Assembly: GCA_023269085.1 (NCBI GenBank)
Contig: JAHFML010000002.1
Coordinates: forward strand, 1,266 to 65,265
Direction of reading: 5' to 3'
Source: a bacterium
GTDB lineage: Bacteria; Patescibacteriota; Minisyncoccia; Phycocordibacterales; Phycocordibacteraceae
DNA length: 64,000 nucleotides
The notes beneath the pieces are model-generated. The model saw only the letters and a list, made by a program, of their open reading frames with translations, made no database searches and was not told the origin of the DNA. The translations under genes and the position numbers were made by a program. Below, in pieces: positions 21,450 through 29,793 of the stretch (position 1 is the stretch's first letter; the number at the start of each line of letters is the position of its first letter).

Positions 21450-21563
21450 AAAAGAACCCCCGGCGAGCGGGGGTCGTAGTCGAAGCTTATTATTTCTTCG
21501 TCGGTGCGCTGGGACAGTCAACGCATGCCGCCCGCCGTGCGGGCAAAGGAACTACAAAACCAT
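21449..21563 (-). ncRNA. candidate structured small RNA
   Basis: TTGCCG-17-TATGGT promoter, closing stem plus three hairpins, U-tailed terminator, no ORF. Confidence 0.45.
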
Positions 21564-21643
21564 TTTTTACCATAGCACGACACTTTTATGTCGGCAAGCG
21601 ATGGGCTGTCCACAAGAGCGTAGCTGGTATAGTATGAGTATAC

Positions 21644-21716
21644 CCGCCTCTAGCTCAATGGTTAGAGCACAGAGCTTATACCTCTGCGGTTCCTGGTTCG
21701 AGTCCAGGGAGGCGGA
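21644..21716 (+). tRNA. tRNA-Ile(TAT)
   Basis: CCGCCTC/GAGGCGG acceptor, cagag-ctTATac-ctctg anticodon arm, A discriminator. Confidence 0.9.
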
Positions 21717-21740
21717 CTAGCGATTCTATTATATACTACT

Positions 21741-22436
21741 ATGCATATGGAAGGAGCCCCGCACGAATCAACTCCCGGAAAGATCGAGATATCTCCTGAA
21801 TATCGGGTTGCGGCTACTCTCGAAGAACGGCAAGCCGCGCACACTTTGAGCGATCGGGTATACGAACGAGAAGAACTGAAACCGCAAAAGGAAGATCAAG
21901 ACGAGGATCATTATCCTTTTGAGAAATGGATCATGTCGCCCGCGACGCGAGTCTTCACGGCGTCGATAGAAGGTGAACTCGTTGCGACGATCGCGGTGGT
22001 GAAAGATAGCGAGATAGGGTTGCCGATGGATGAACTTTATAAAGAAGAATTGCAGACCTATCGCGATCAAGGCGATCGACTTTGTGAAGTATCGCAGTAT
22101 GCCGTTGATGCTGATCGGGTCGAGCAGGACATTCGAGAAGGGAAGATATCAGCCAGAAATCTTCCCGGGCCGCATCTTCTCGAAGTGGTCCTACAGTATG
22201 TCTTGCGCGAATCGATAGACCGTCTGTTTATTGTTTGTCGGCCCACGCATGCTAATTTTTATCGCTCAATGGGGCTCATACCAATCGGGGAAGAAAAATA
22301 TTATTCAAAAGTAAATAATGTTGCAGTCCCGCTCATGCTTGATGTACGAACGCTCACGGGGGAAGGGAAGGAAAGTCTCCCAAGAAGGATGCGAGCGCTT
22401 CTCGGCGCGAATATTCCGGATGATCTGCTAGCGTGA
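21741..22436 (+). CDS. N-acyl amino acid synthase FeeM-like GNAT protein
   Basis: AT.....DS..GLPMD.LY......R..G..LCEVS; P.H..FY..MG. Confidence 0.65.
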   Translation: MHMEGAPHESTPGKIEISPEYRVAATLEERQAAHTLSDRVYEREELKPQKEDQDEDHYPFEKWIMSPATRVFTASIEGELVATIAVVKDSEIGLPMDELYKEELQTYRDQGDRLCEVSQYAVDADRVEQDIREGKISARNLPGPHLLEVVLQYVLRESIDRLFIVCRPTHANFYRSMGLIPIGEEKYYSKVNNVAVPLMLDVRTLTGEGKESLPRRMRALLGANIPDDLLA

Positions 22437-22437
22437 A

Positions 22438-24645
22438 TTATTCCAAATGCGTCTCGGTGCCGAAGGAGAGGGCACGCCGAGCCAGCACAGGATACTTTTT
22501 TAATTCAGGGTCAGCCGCGACGAGGGCCGCGGCCTCGGCGCGCGCCGCTTCGACGAGCTTCAAATTTTTCAACGCCTCCATCGCGAGGTCAGAGATGCCC
22601 CACTGCCGACCGCCGGCGAGCTCGCCCGCGCCGCGGAGCGCGAGGTCGTATTCGGCGAGCTCGAAGCCGTCTTTGGCGGTGGTGAGTGCCTTCATGCGCT
22701 CCTTGGTCGCAGGGCCGAAGGACTCGGGGAGCGCGAAGCAATAGGCTTGATTGTTGGAGCGAATAACGCGGCCACGGAGCTGATGGAGCTGGGCGAGACC
22801 GAATCGCTCGGCGCCCTCGATGAGAATCACCGTCGCGTTCGGCACGTTGACGCCGACCTCGACCACCGAGGTCGCGACGAGGATGTTGATCGCGCCTTGT
22901 TCAAATCTCTTCATCACCGCCTCTTTTTCAGCCGGACGCATCTTGCTGTGCAGAATGTCGATGACGGCATTGGGGAATATTTCTTTTTGTAAACGCGCGG
23001 CCTCGGCCTTGACCGACTTGGCTTGGAGCGCGAGCTCTCGAGCAGGGTCGGGCTCGTCAATGCGCGGACAGATGACATACGCCTGCCGCCCTTTCGCGAG
23101 TTCACTCCGCACCCGCGTGTAGGCGAGCTCGCGCTTCTCGGGGCCGAGCACCTCGGTAATAATCGGCTTGCGGCCCGAAGGCATCTGGTCGAGGAGGGTG
23201 AGGTCGAGGTCGCCATAGAGCGTGAGCGCGAGCGTACGCGGTATCGGCGTCGCCGTCATCGAGAGGAGGTGCGGCGCGACGACGCCCTTACTCGCGAGCT
23301 TCTGTCGGTGCATCGTGCCGAAGCGATGCTGTTCGTCGATGATAGCGTAGGCGAAATATTTGAAGGCAAGCGACTTCTCGACGAGCGCATGCGTGCCGAT
23401 GACAATCGGTATTGTCCCCTCGGCGACGCGCTTGCGGAATGCGGGCTTGCTGATTTTCGCCGACTCCTCGTAGCGGACGCGAGAGGGGAAGACGCGGCAC
23501 TCGCTCCCCGTGATGAGGCCGATAGATATCGGGTGCTTTTTGAAATACGAAACAAAGGTCGAGAAATGCTGTTTGGCGAGGATCTCGGTCGGGCAGAGGT
23601 AAGCGACCTGGAGCGTCCCCGCGATGCGACCCCGAGGTACCGACGTTGCGACGAGGTAGGCGGTCGCCGCGGCGACCGCGGTCTTCCCGCTCCCCACATC
23701 GCCCTCGAGGAGTCGGAGCATCGGGTACTTTTTTTCAAAGTCAGCGACGATAGCGTCGATAGCGTGCCGTTGCGCCGCGGTCGCGGGGAAAGGGAATGAA
23801 GCTATGAAGTCAGCGAGCGACTTTTTATCGACCGAGACCGGTAGTGCCTCTTCGCGCAGGTGTTCTTGGCGGCGCTTCTGCATCACGATTTGGAGCGCGA
23901 AGATCTCTTCGAAGGCGAAGCGCTTGCGCGCCGCCTCCTTGTCCGCGAGCTTCTTCGGCGCGTGGACGAAGACGAGCGCGGTGACGAGGGAGGGGAGCTT
24001 GTAGCGTGCGAGAATGTCGGCAGGTATCGGGTCTTCGATAGTCTCATGCACGCCAGCTTCAAAGGCTTTGCGCACCGCGTGCATGAGCCAGAGCGATGAG
24101 ATGCCCATGCTCTCGGGGTACATCGGGTACAACTCAGCCTCGCGGGTGGACACTAGGTGTCCACCCGCAGACGGGTGGACACCTAGTGTCCACCCGTCTG
24201 GATTGAAAAGCGAAGTGTGTACCGCCTCGGGGTCAAGACCAGCCTTCGTGATCTCGGGGTTCGCGAGATACGCCTTCGCGCCCTCGCCGGCGATGCGCCC
24301 GCTTACCTTCACCTGCATGCCGTCGTGGAGCGACTTCGCGATATACGGCTGAGAGAACCACATCATCTTTATCTTCCCCGAATTGTCCTCGAGCCACGCC
24401 TCGGCGAGTGGGCGGCGACTCTTCCACGCCTTGCGCACCTCCGGCTTCCGCACGGTGCCATAGAGTGTCACCTCGCCACCCGCCACCGCACCCGCTATCG
24501 TGCCGGTCGGCCCCGCGTTCTCGTAGCGCGAAGGGAAGTGATAGAGCAAGTCGCGCACGGTCTTGATCCCGAGCTTCGCGAGCGCGCGCTTCTGCTCCAC
24601 CTTCATCCGCGGGAAGTGCTTCTCTAGGGGGTCTTGTGGATTCAC
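22438..24645 (-). CDS. recG: ATP-dependent DNA helicase RecG
   Basis: GDVGSGKT, DEQHRFG, TATPIPRTL and QLRGRV motifs; GTG start. Confidence 0.96.
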   Translation of the reverse strand: MNPQDPLEKHFPRMKVEQKRALAKLGIKTVRDLLYHFPSRYENAGPTGTIAGAVAGGEVTLYGTVRKPEVRKAWKSRRPLAEAWLEDNSGKIKMMWFSQPYIAKSLHDGMQVKVSGRIAGEGAKAYLANPEITKAGLDPEAVHTSLFNPDGWTLGVHPSAGGHLVSTREAELYPMYPESMGISSLWLMHAVRKAFEAGVHETIEDPIPADILARYKLPSLVTALVFVHAPKKLADKEAARKRFAFEEIFALQIVMQKRRQEHLREEALPVSVDKKSLADFIASFPFPATAAQRHAIDAIVADFEKKYPMLRLLEGDVGSGKTAVAAATAYLVATSVPRGRIAGTLQVAYLCPTEILAKQHFSTFVSYFKKHPISIGLITGSECRVFPSRVRYEESAKISKPAFRKRVAEGTIPIVIGTHALVEKSLAFKYFAYAIIDEQHRFGTMHRQKLASKGVVAPHLLSMTATPIPRTLALTLYGDLDLTLLDQMPSGRKPIITEVLGPEKRELAYTRVRSELAKGRQAYVICPRIDEPDPARELALQAKSVKAEAARLQKEIFPNAVIDILHSKMRPAEKEAVMKRFEQGAINILVATSVVEVGVNVPNATVILIEGAERFGLAQLHQLRGRVIRSNNQAYCFALPESFGPATKERMKALTTAKDGFELAEYDLALRGAGELAGGRQWGISDLAMEALKNLKLVEAARAEAAALVAADPELKKYPVLARRALSFGTETHLE
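24142..24200. repeat. in-frame REP doublet, family A (GGGTGGACAC-NNN-GTGTCCACCC x2, inverted) inside recG
   Basis: Identical core at 46307-46331; encodes GWTLGVHPSAGGHLVSTR. Confidence 0.9.
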
Positions 24646-24667
24646 AAATGTAGTATACTGGAGTCAT
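24646..24667. promoter_or_regulatory. palindromic AGTATACT bidirectional -10 box for recG and lemA
   Basis: TATACT 6 and 8 nt from the divergent starts; 22-bp gap. Confidence 0.65.
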
Positions 24668-25228
24668 ATGACTACAACCACCATGGTGCTCATCGTCTTA
24701 GCCGTTATCGTGCTCTGGGTTATTTTCGCGTATAACAATCTCATCACGCTCACTAATCGCGCCAAGGAGGCGTGGTCGGATATCAATGTCCAGCTCAAGC
24801 GCCGCTATGATCTCATCCCCAACTTGGTCGAGACGGTGAAGGGCTATGCCGCACACGAGGCGGCCGCGTTTGAGAATGTGACGCGCGCGCGTGCCGCCGC
24901 GATGGGCGTGTCGAATGCGACGCCCGCCGCGCAGGCCGCCGCAGAGAATCAGCTCTCGGGCACCTTGAAGACGCTCTTCGCGGTCTCGGAGGCGTATCCC
25001 GAGCTCAAAGCGAATCAGAATTTCCTTGCGCTCCAGCAGGAGCTCGGCGACACCGAGGACAAGATCCAAGCGTCGCGCCGCTTCTATAACACGACCGTGA
25101 TGGCGCTCAACACCGCCGAACAATCCTTCCCGGGTAATCTCATCGCCTCCTCCTTCCACTTCGCGCCGATGGACCTCTTCGAGCTCCCCGACGCCGCGGC
25201 CGCTGAGCCAGTGAAGGTACAGTTCTAA
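24668..25228 (+). CDS. lemA: LemA family protein
   Basis: W..I.VQLKRR.DLIPNLV.TVKGY, EAYPELKA and RRFYN motifs. Confidence 0.93.
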   Translation: MTTTTMVLIVLAVIVLWVIFAYNNLITLTNRAKEAWSDINVQLKRRYDLIPNLVETVKGYAAHEAAAFENVTRARAAAMGVSNATPAAQAAAENQLSGTLKTLFAVSEAYPELKANQNFLALQQELGDTEDKIQASRRFYNTTVMALNTAEQSFPGNLIASSFHFAPMDLFELPDAAAAEPVKVQF

Positions 25229-26142
25229 TGAACCTCTACGCCGAGCGTGCCAGTAATATCCGTCGGACATGGGCGCTCATCATCGGCTTCTTGGTCGTGG
25301 TTATCGCGCTCGGCTACGCTATTGCGACATATTATGGCGACCCGATGATTCTCTATGTCGCGGTCGCGATTGCCTTCGCGACGAACTTCTACGCCTACTG
25401 GGCGAGCGACACGCTTGTGCTCTCTCTCAACCATGCGCGGCCGGCGACGCGGCAAGAATTCTTCGACTTCTATACCGTGACCGAGAATCTCGCTATCACC
25501 GCTGGCCTCCCGTGCCCCAAGCTCTATGTCATCGACGACCCGGCGCCGAACGCCTTCGCGACCGGCCGCGACGAGACGCATGCGGTCGTCTGCGCGACCA
25601 CCGGCCTTCTCGCGATGATGACGCGCGTCGAGCTCGAGGGCGTCATCGGCCACGAGCTCTCGCACATCAAGAACCGCGACATGCTCCTCATGACGGTCGC
25701 AGTGGTGCTCGCGGGCTTCGTCGCCCTCGCGGCGCAGATGTTCCTCCGATTTTCGTTTTGGGGCGGCGGGCGGCGCGATGATCGCGAGGGCGGGAACGGC
25801 CTCGTGATGGTGCTCGCCCTCGTCGGCATCGTCCTCGCGCCTCTGGCCGCGAAGCTGATCGAGCTTGCCATATCGCGCCGTCGCGAATATCTCGCCGACG
25901 CGTCGAGCGCGCTCTTGACCCGCTACCCAGAGGGCCTCGCGTCAGCGCTCCGGAAGATCGGCGGCTATGGCGCGCCGATGCAGACGACCAATGTAGCGAC
26001 CGCGCACCTCTTCATCGGCGACCCTTTCGGCGAGAAGCGTGAGGAGGCAGGCGCGAGCATGAGTAGTCGCATCGAGCGATTCTTCTCGACGCACCCGCCG
26101 ATTGCCGACCGCGTCGCGGCACTTCTCGGTCAACCACGCTAG
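25228..26142 (+). CDS. htpX: HtpX-like M48 zinc protease
   Basis: PNAFATG, HELSH, SRRREYLAD and STHPP motifs. Confidence 0.9.
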   Translation: MNLYAERASNIRRTWALIIGFLVVVIALGYAIATYYGDPMILYVAVAIAFATNFYAYWASDTLVLSLNHARPATRQEFFDFYTVTENLAITAGLPCPKLYVIDDPAPNAFATGRDETHAVVCATTGLLAMMTRVELEGVIGHELSHIKNRDMLLMTVAVVLAGFVALAAQMFLRFSFWGGGRRDDREGGNGLVMVLALVGIVLAPLAAKLIELAISRRREYLADASSALLTRYPEGLASALRKIGGYGAPMQTTNVATAHLFIGDPFGEKREEAGASMSSRIERFFSTHPPIADRVAALLGQPR

Positions 26143-26167
26143 CATAAATCGTGATATAATAAAAAAT

Positions 26168-26956
26168 ATGAAGGAATTCCCAAGAGTACACCCGCCTGAA
26201 CTTCAAGGAATCGAGACAGGACCTTCTGTGACACCACAAGAAGGCCTCTCCTCGCGCGTAGAGCAGTTGATGACGGCTCTACAGGAACTAGCGGATCACG
26301 ATGACATGCCGTCGCATCTTAGCGAGAAGATGAAGCAGGAGTTGGCGAGGCACCATGTTCTACCAGAAGATGCGGGAACCATGCTCACAGCTATGCGAAC
26401 AAATAAGATAGACGCGCTCCATGACCAGCTCACCGGCTTGGCGAATCGTCGTAAGCTCGAAAGCGAACTGGAGAAATATCTCACGCGCGAACACAAACGC
26501 GCAGAGAAGTTGTTTGTCATGTACATGGATTTGAACAAATTCAAACAAATCAATGATACCTATGGACATTCGATCGGGGACAATCTCTTGAAGAATACCT
26601 CAAAGCACCTCAAGGAGGCGCTTCGCCCGGATGATATTCTCTCTCGTCTTGGCGGTGATGAGTTCGTGGCGCTCATATCCCTGTCTGATTCGGCGAGCGA
26701 GGAGCAGATTCGAGATGAGCTTGCCGGGATCACCGAGCGTCTCGAGCGCGCGGTATACACGGCTCGGTGTGAATTACGCGATGAACTCGCAGGTATGACA
26801 GGCTTGTCGAATAATCCTCCGCTTGTTGTGGGCGAGCAAGAGCGATATTTGAGTGCCGGATTTACCGAGGTAAGGTCTGACGATACTGCAAGCGAGCTTC
26901 TCCATAGAGCTGACGCTGAGATGTATAAGATGAAGCACGGCGGATCTGTGGTATAA
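26168..26956 (+). CDS. stand-alone GGDEF diguanylate cyclase
   Basis: D.LTGLANRR, DLNKFK.IND.YGH, RPDD I-site, GGDEF. Confidence 0.9.
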   Translation: MKEFPRVHPPELQGIETGPSVTPQEGLSSRVEQLMTALQELADHDDMPSHLSEKMKQELARHHVLPEDAGTMLTAMRTNKIDALHDQLTGLANRRKLESELEKYLTREHKRAEKLFVMYMDLNKFKQINDTYGHSIGDNLLKNTSKHLKEALRPDDILSRLGGDEFVALISLSDSASEEQIRDELAGITERLERAVYTARCELRDELAGMTGLSNNPPLVVGEQERYLSAGFTEVRSDDTASELLHRADAEMYKMKHGGSVV

Positions 26957-26993
26957 CGAGAGAGCACGGACCCTCGACAGGGTCCTGAAAGCA

Positions 26994-27078
26994 GGAGGCG
27001 TCGCATAGCGGTCTAGTGCACACGCTTGGAAAGCGTGCGTGGGGCAACCCACCGAGAGTTCGAATCTCTCCGCCTCCG
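26994..27078 (+). tRNA. tRNA-Ser(GGA)
   Basis: cacgc-ttGGAaa-gcgtg anticodon arm, long variable arm. Confidence 0.93.
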
Positions 27079-27104
27079 CAAAAATCGGTGATACCATAGG
27101 CCTT

Positions 27105-27359
27105 ATGACCCAACCAACAATCGCCGGAGGGGTGGTGCATGGTATGCCCGCGGATTTCCGTAAGGCAATCGGGGCGGACGCGAAGGTGAGAGCGCTCTGG
27201 GCAGACATAACCCCGCTCGCGCGCAACGAGTGGATCTGCTGGGTCACCTCTGCCAAACAAGCCGAGACGAAGGAGCGCCGCATACGAGTCGGCCTCGATA
27301 AAATGCGGAAGGGGATGCGTCGGCCGTGCTGTTGGGCGGGTTGCCCGCACCGCGGCTAG
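27105..27359 (+). CDS. YdeI/OmpD-associated family protein
   Basis: P.D...A......W..ITP..RNEWI.W..SAK..ET..RR. Confidence 0.8.
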   Translation: MTQPTIAGGVVHGMPADFRKAIGADAKVRALWADITPLARNEWICWVTSAKQAETKERRIRVGLDKMRKGMRRPCCWAGCPHRG

Positions 27360-27394
27360 ACAGGCCTAGAGTAACATTCTAAAATCTAGCTCTC

Positions 27395-28282
27395 ATGGCT
27401 ATAGATTTCTCGGTGGTTACTACCTATGCGTCGGACGAATTGCCGCTCCGCACCTATCGCGCGCGCGATGGTGAGATGCTGGCGTATGCGCTCGCCGAAG
27501 TCCCTGGTGCAGACACGTGCCTCGTCTTCTGTCACGGCTCATCAGCACGGCACGAGTATCTCGCTGGTTTCGCACGACACGTCTCGACCGCGCTCGGGAT
27601 CGCCGTCTGCACACCGACCTTCCGCGGGCACGGCGACAACCCGCGGCGGCGGGGTGACATCGACTATATTGATCAGCTTGAGGATGACGCGATCGATCTC
27701 CTGCGGCAATTGAGAGACGCAGGGTATGCGAGATTCTTCGTCGGCGGACATTCTTCGGGCGGCGGATTCGCGGTTCGTCTGGCGGCGAGCCCACGGTTTG
27801 CTCGGGAAGGTTTGTCCATTGAGGGCATCGTGCTCGGTGCGCCGATGCTCGGGTATAAGGCAGTCTCATCACGGAAGGACTCAGGCGGGTGGGCCGTCCC
27901 GCAGCTCGGCGTCATGGTAGGAGCTTTGCTACTGAATGCTCTCGGTGTTCACGCGCTCGACGCGCGAGTCGCGTTGCGGTTCGTGCTCCCCGAACGGCTT
28001 CGCGCAGTATCGACGACCGAATATTCATACCGGATGTATGCGGGGATGCATCCAAGGAGCGTCTCGGGCGGAGACATACGACGCATCGCGGTGCCACTGC
28101 TTATCGTTGTCGGGAGTGATGATGAGATCTTCATTGCCGACAAGTATGCAGAGTTGTTGCGTCAGTACAAGCAGGACGGAGAGGTCGTGATTGTCCCCGG
28201 CGTGCGACATATCAGCATGATGGCGGACCAGAAGGTGCAAGAGGTCATCATTGAATGGCTGCGCAAGACGCGTTTCGAATAG
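27395..28282 (+). CDS. alpha/beta hydrolase
   Basis: HG oxyanion motif, RGHG, GHSSGG nucleophile, later Asp and His. Confidence 0.85.
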   Translation: MAIDFSVVTTYASDELPLRTYRARDGEMLAYALAEVPGADTCLVFCHGSSARHEYLAGFARHVSTALGIAVCTPTFRGHGDNPRRRGDIDYIDQLEDDAIDLLRQLRDAGYARFFVGGHSSGGGFAVRLAASPRFAREGLSIEGIVLGAPMLGYKAVSSRKDSGGWAVPQLGVMVGALLLNALGVHALDARVALRFVLPERLRAVSTTEYSYRMYAGMHPRSVSGGDIRRIAVPLLIVVGSDDEIFIADKYAELLRQYKQDGEVVIVPGVRHISMMADQKVQEVIIEWLRKTRFE

Positions 28283-28307
28283 CGCTTGATTTGGTATACT
28301 AAGACCT

Positions 28308-28712
28308 ATGCTCACTGGGTTCAAACAATTCATACTGCGCGGGAATGTGGTTGATCTCGCGGTCGGCGTCGTGATCGGCGCGGCATTCGGGACAATCGTA
28401 ACGGCGCTCGTCAAAGACATCATCACCCCGCTCATCGGCGCGCTCGGGCAGGTGCCGGACTTCTCGAATCTTGTTTTCATTTTGAACGGAAGCAAGTTTA
28501 TGATCGGCGACTTCTTGAACGCGCTCATCTCCTTCGTCATCGTCGCGGTGGCGGTCTACTTCTTCGTTGTCCTGCCGGTCAACGCGCTCATCGCGCGCAC
28601 CAAGAAGGGTGAGGAGCCCACCGACCCGACGACCAAGAAGTGCCCGGAGTGCTTGAGCGAGATCCCGCTCGCCGCGACGCGGTGCGCGCACTGCACGGCG
28701 AAGGTAGTGTAG
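28308..28712 (+). CDS. mscL: large-conductance mechanosensitive channel with C-terminal zinc ribbon
   Basis: FKQFILRGNVVDLAVGVVIGAAF; CPEC...CAHC. Confidence 0.93.
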   Translation: MLTGFKQFILRGNVVDLAVGVVIGAAFGTIVTALVKDIITPLIGALGQVPDFSNLVFILNGSKFMIGDFLNALISFVIVAVAVYFFVVLPVNALIARTKKGEEPTDPTTKKCPECLSEIPLAATRCAHCTAKVV

Positions 28713-28721
28713 AGAAACACA

Positions 28722-28762
28722 AGAACCCCGCGCGGCGCCTCTCGGCGCCGCGCGGGGTTCTT
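28722..28762. terminator. hairpin between convergent genes
   Basis: AAGAACCCCGCGCGGCGCC...GGCGCCGCGCGGGGTTCTT. Confidence 0.75.
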
Positions 28763-28776
28763 AAGTGACAAGTTCG

Positions 28777-29127
28777 TTATTTCGTCGTTGTTGGCTGGAC
28801 GGGAGCCGAGACCGCGCCGGTTGCTTGTACCGGTACCGCGTAGCCGCCCTGGTAGCCGTAATTATAGCCGCGCATCATGCCGGGGCCATAGCCGTATCCG
28901 TTGTACCCATTCCCCTGCATCATGCCGTAGCCCTGGCCATAATATCCGCGCTCGCCACCAAAGGAGGCGCGCATCTCGCCGAACTGGAGGCCGCACCAGA
29001 AGATGAAGAGCGTGACAATAATAGCACCGAGCACGCGAGCGCCGCGGTGGTGGCACATGCCGTGCATCATCCCCTTACCATCGCACATCGCGTCATGCTG
29101 ACCGTCGTGTTGAGTATCCATAATCAT
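28777..29127 (-). CDS. hypothetical membrane protein with Gly/Tyr/Met-rich tail
   Basis: One TM helix followed by GYG(P)GMM repeats. Confidence 0.65.
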   Translation of the reverse strand: MIMDTQHDGQHDAMCDGKGMMHGMCHHRGARVLGAIIVTLFIFWCGLQFGEMRASFGGERGYYGQGYGMMQGNGYNGYGYGPGMMRGYNYGYQGGYAVPVQATGAVSAPVQPTTTK

Positions 29128-29223
29128 ATCGTTATTTACACCGAATAAAACGAGTAAGTCTCGCTTACTCCATACTACTCCCTCCCCGCCATTTTGTTTC
29201 GCCCCGCGTGGTAGCATAGGGGC

Positions 29224-29709
29224 ATGTCTCGATATTATGCATACGGAGTGTTCGCCGTCGCAGCAATAGTTGTTATAGGAGGAGTATTTTTCTATAGGAC
29301 ATACACGCCAAGCGAGGCGGTGGTGCCGGAGGGATTCACGACGGGCACCTTCGCGGGCGTGTCCTTGAGAATCGAGCTTGCCACGACCACGGCCGCCCAA
29401 GAGCGAGGTTTGGGCGGCCGCACGAACGTGCCCGTTGGCTATGGCATGCTCTTCGTATTCCCGAAAAGCGGCTTCTATGGCTTCTGGATGAAGGATACCC
29501 TCGTCCCGCTCGATATGTTCTGGCTCGACGGTCAAGGACACGTCGTCTACCAAGCGCGCGACGTCGCGACTTCGACCTATCCGAATGTCTTTTTCCCTTC
29601 GGCACCGGCGAAGTATGTCCTAGAGACGGCGGCGGGCTTCGCGCGCGCTCACACGCTTGCGACCGGCACCCCGCTTTTGTTGAAAGATTCTCCTTCAGTT
29701 TCAAAATAA
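29224..29709 (+). CDS. DUF192 domain protein
   Basis: RGL..R.....GMLFVF......FWMKDT..PLD...YVLE. Confidence 0.88.
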   Translation: MSRYYAYGVFAVAAIVVIGGVFFYRTYTPSEAVVPEGFTTGTFAGVSLRIELATTTAAQERGLGGRTNVPVGYGMLFVFPKSGFYGFWMKDTLVPLDMFWLDGQGHVVYQARDVATSTYPNVFFPSAPAKYVLETAAGFARAHTLATGTPLLLKDSPSVSK

Positions 29710-29793
29710 CACTATCCACTTGGCGTGCTTGAGTGCGCGGGAGTAAACTTGGAAGAACAGAAGTTTATTATCACGCCCTAACCGATTCTGCTC

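Noticed and set aside
29706-29730. NrdR box upstream of nrdJ
   Set aside because: Only a weak single partial match.
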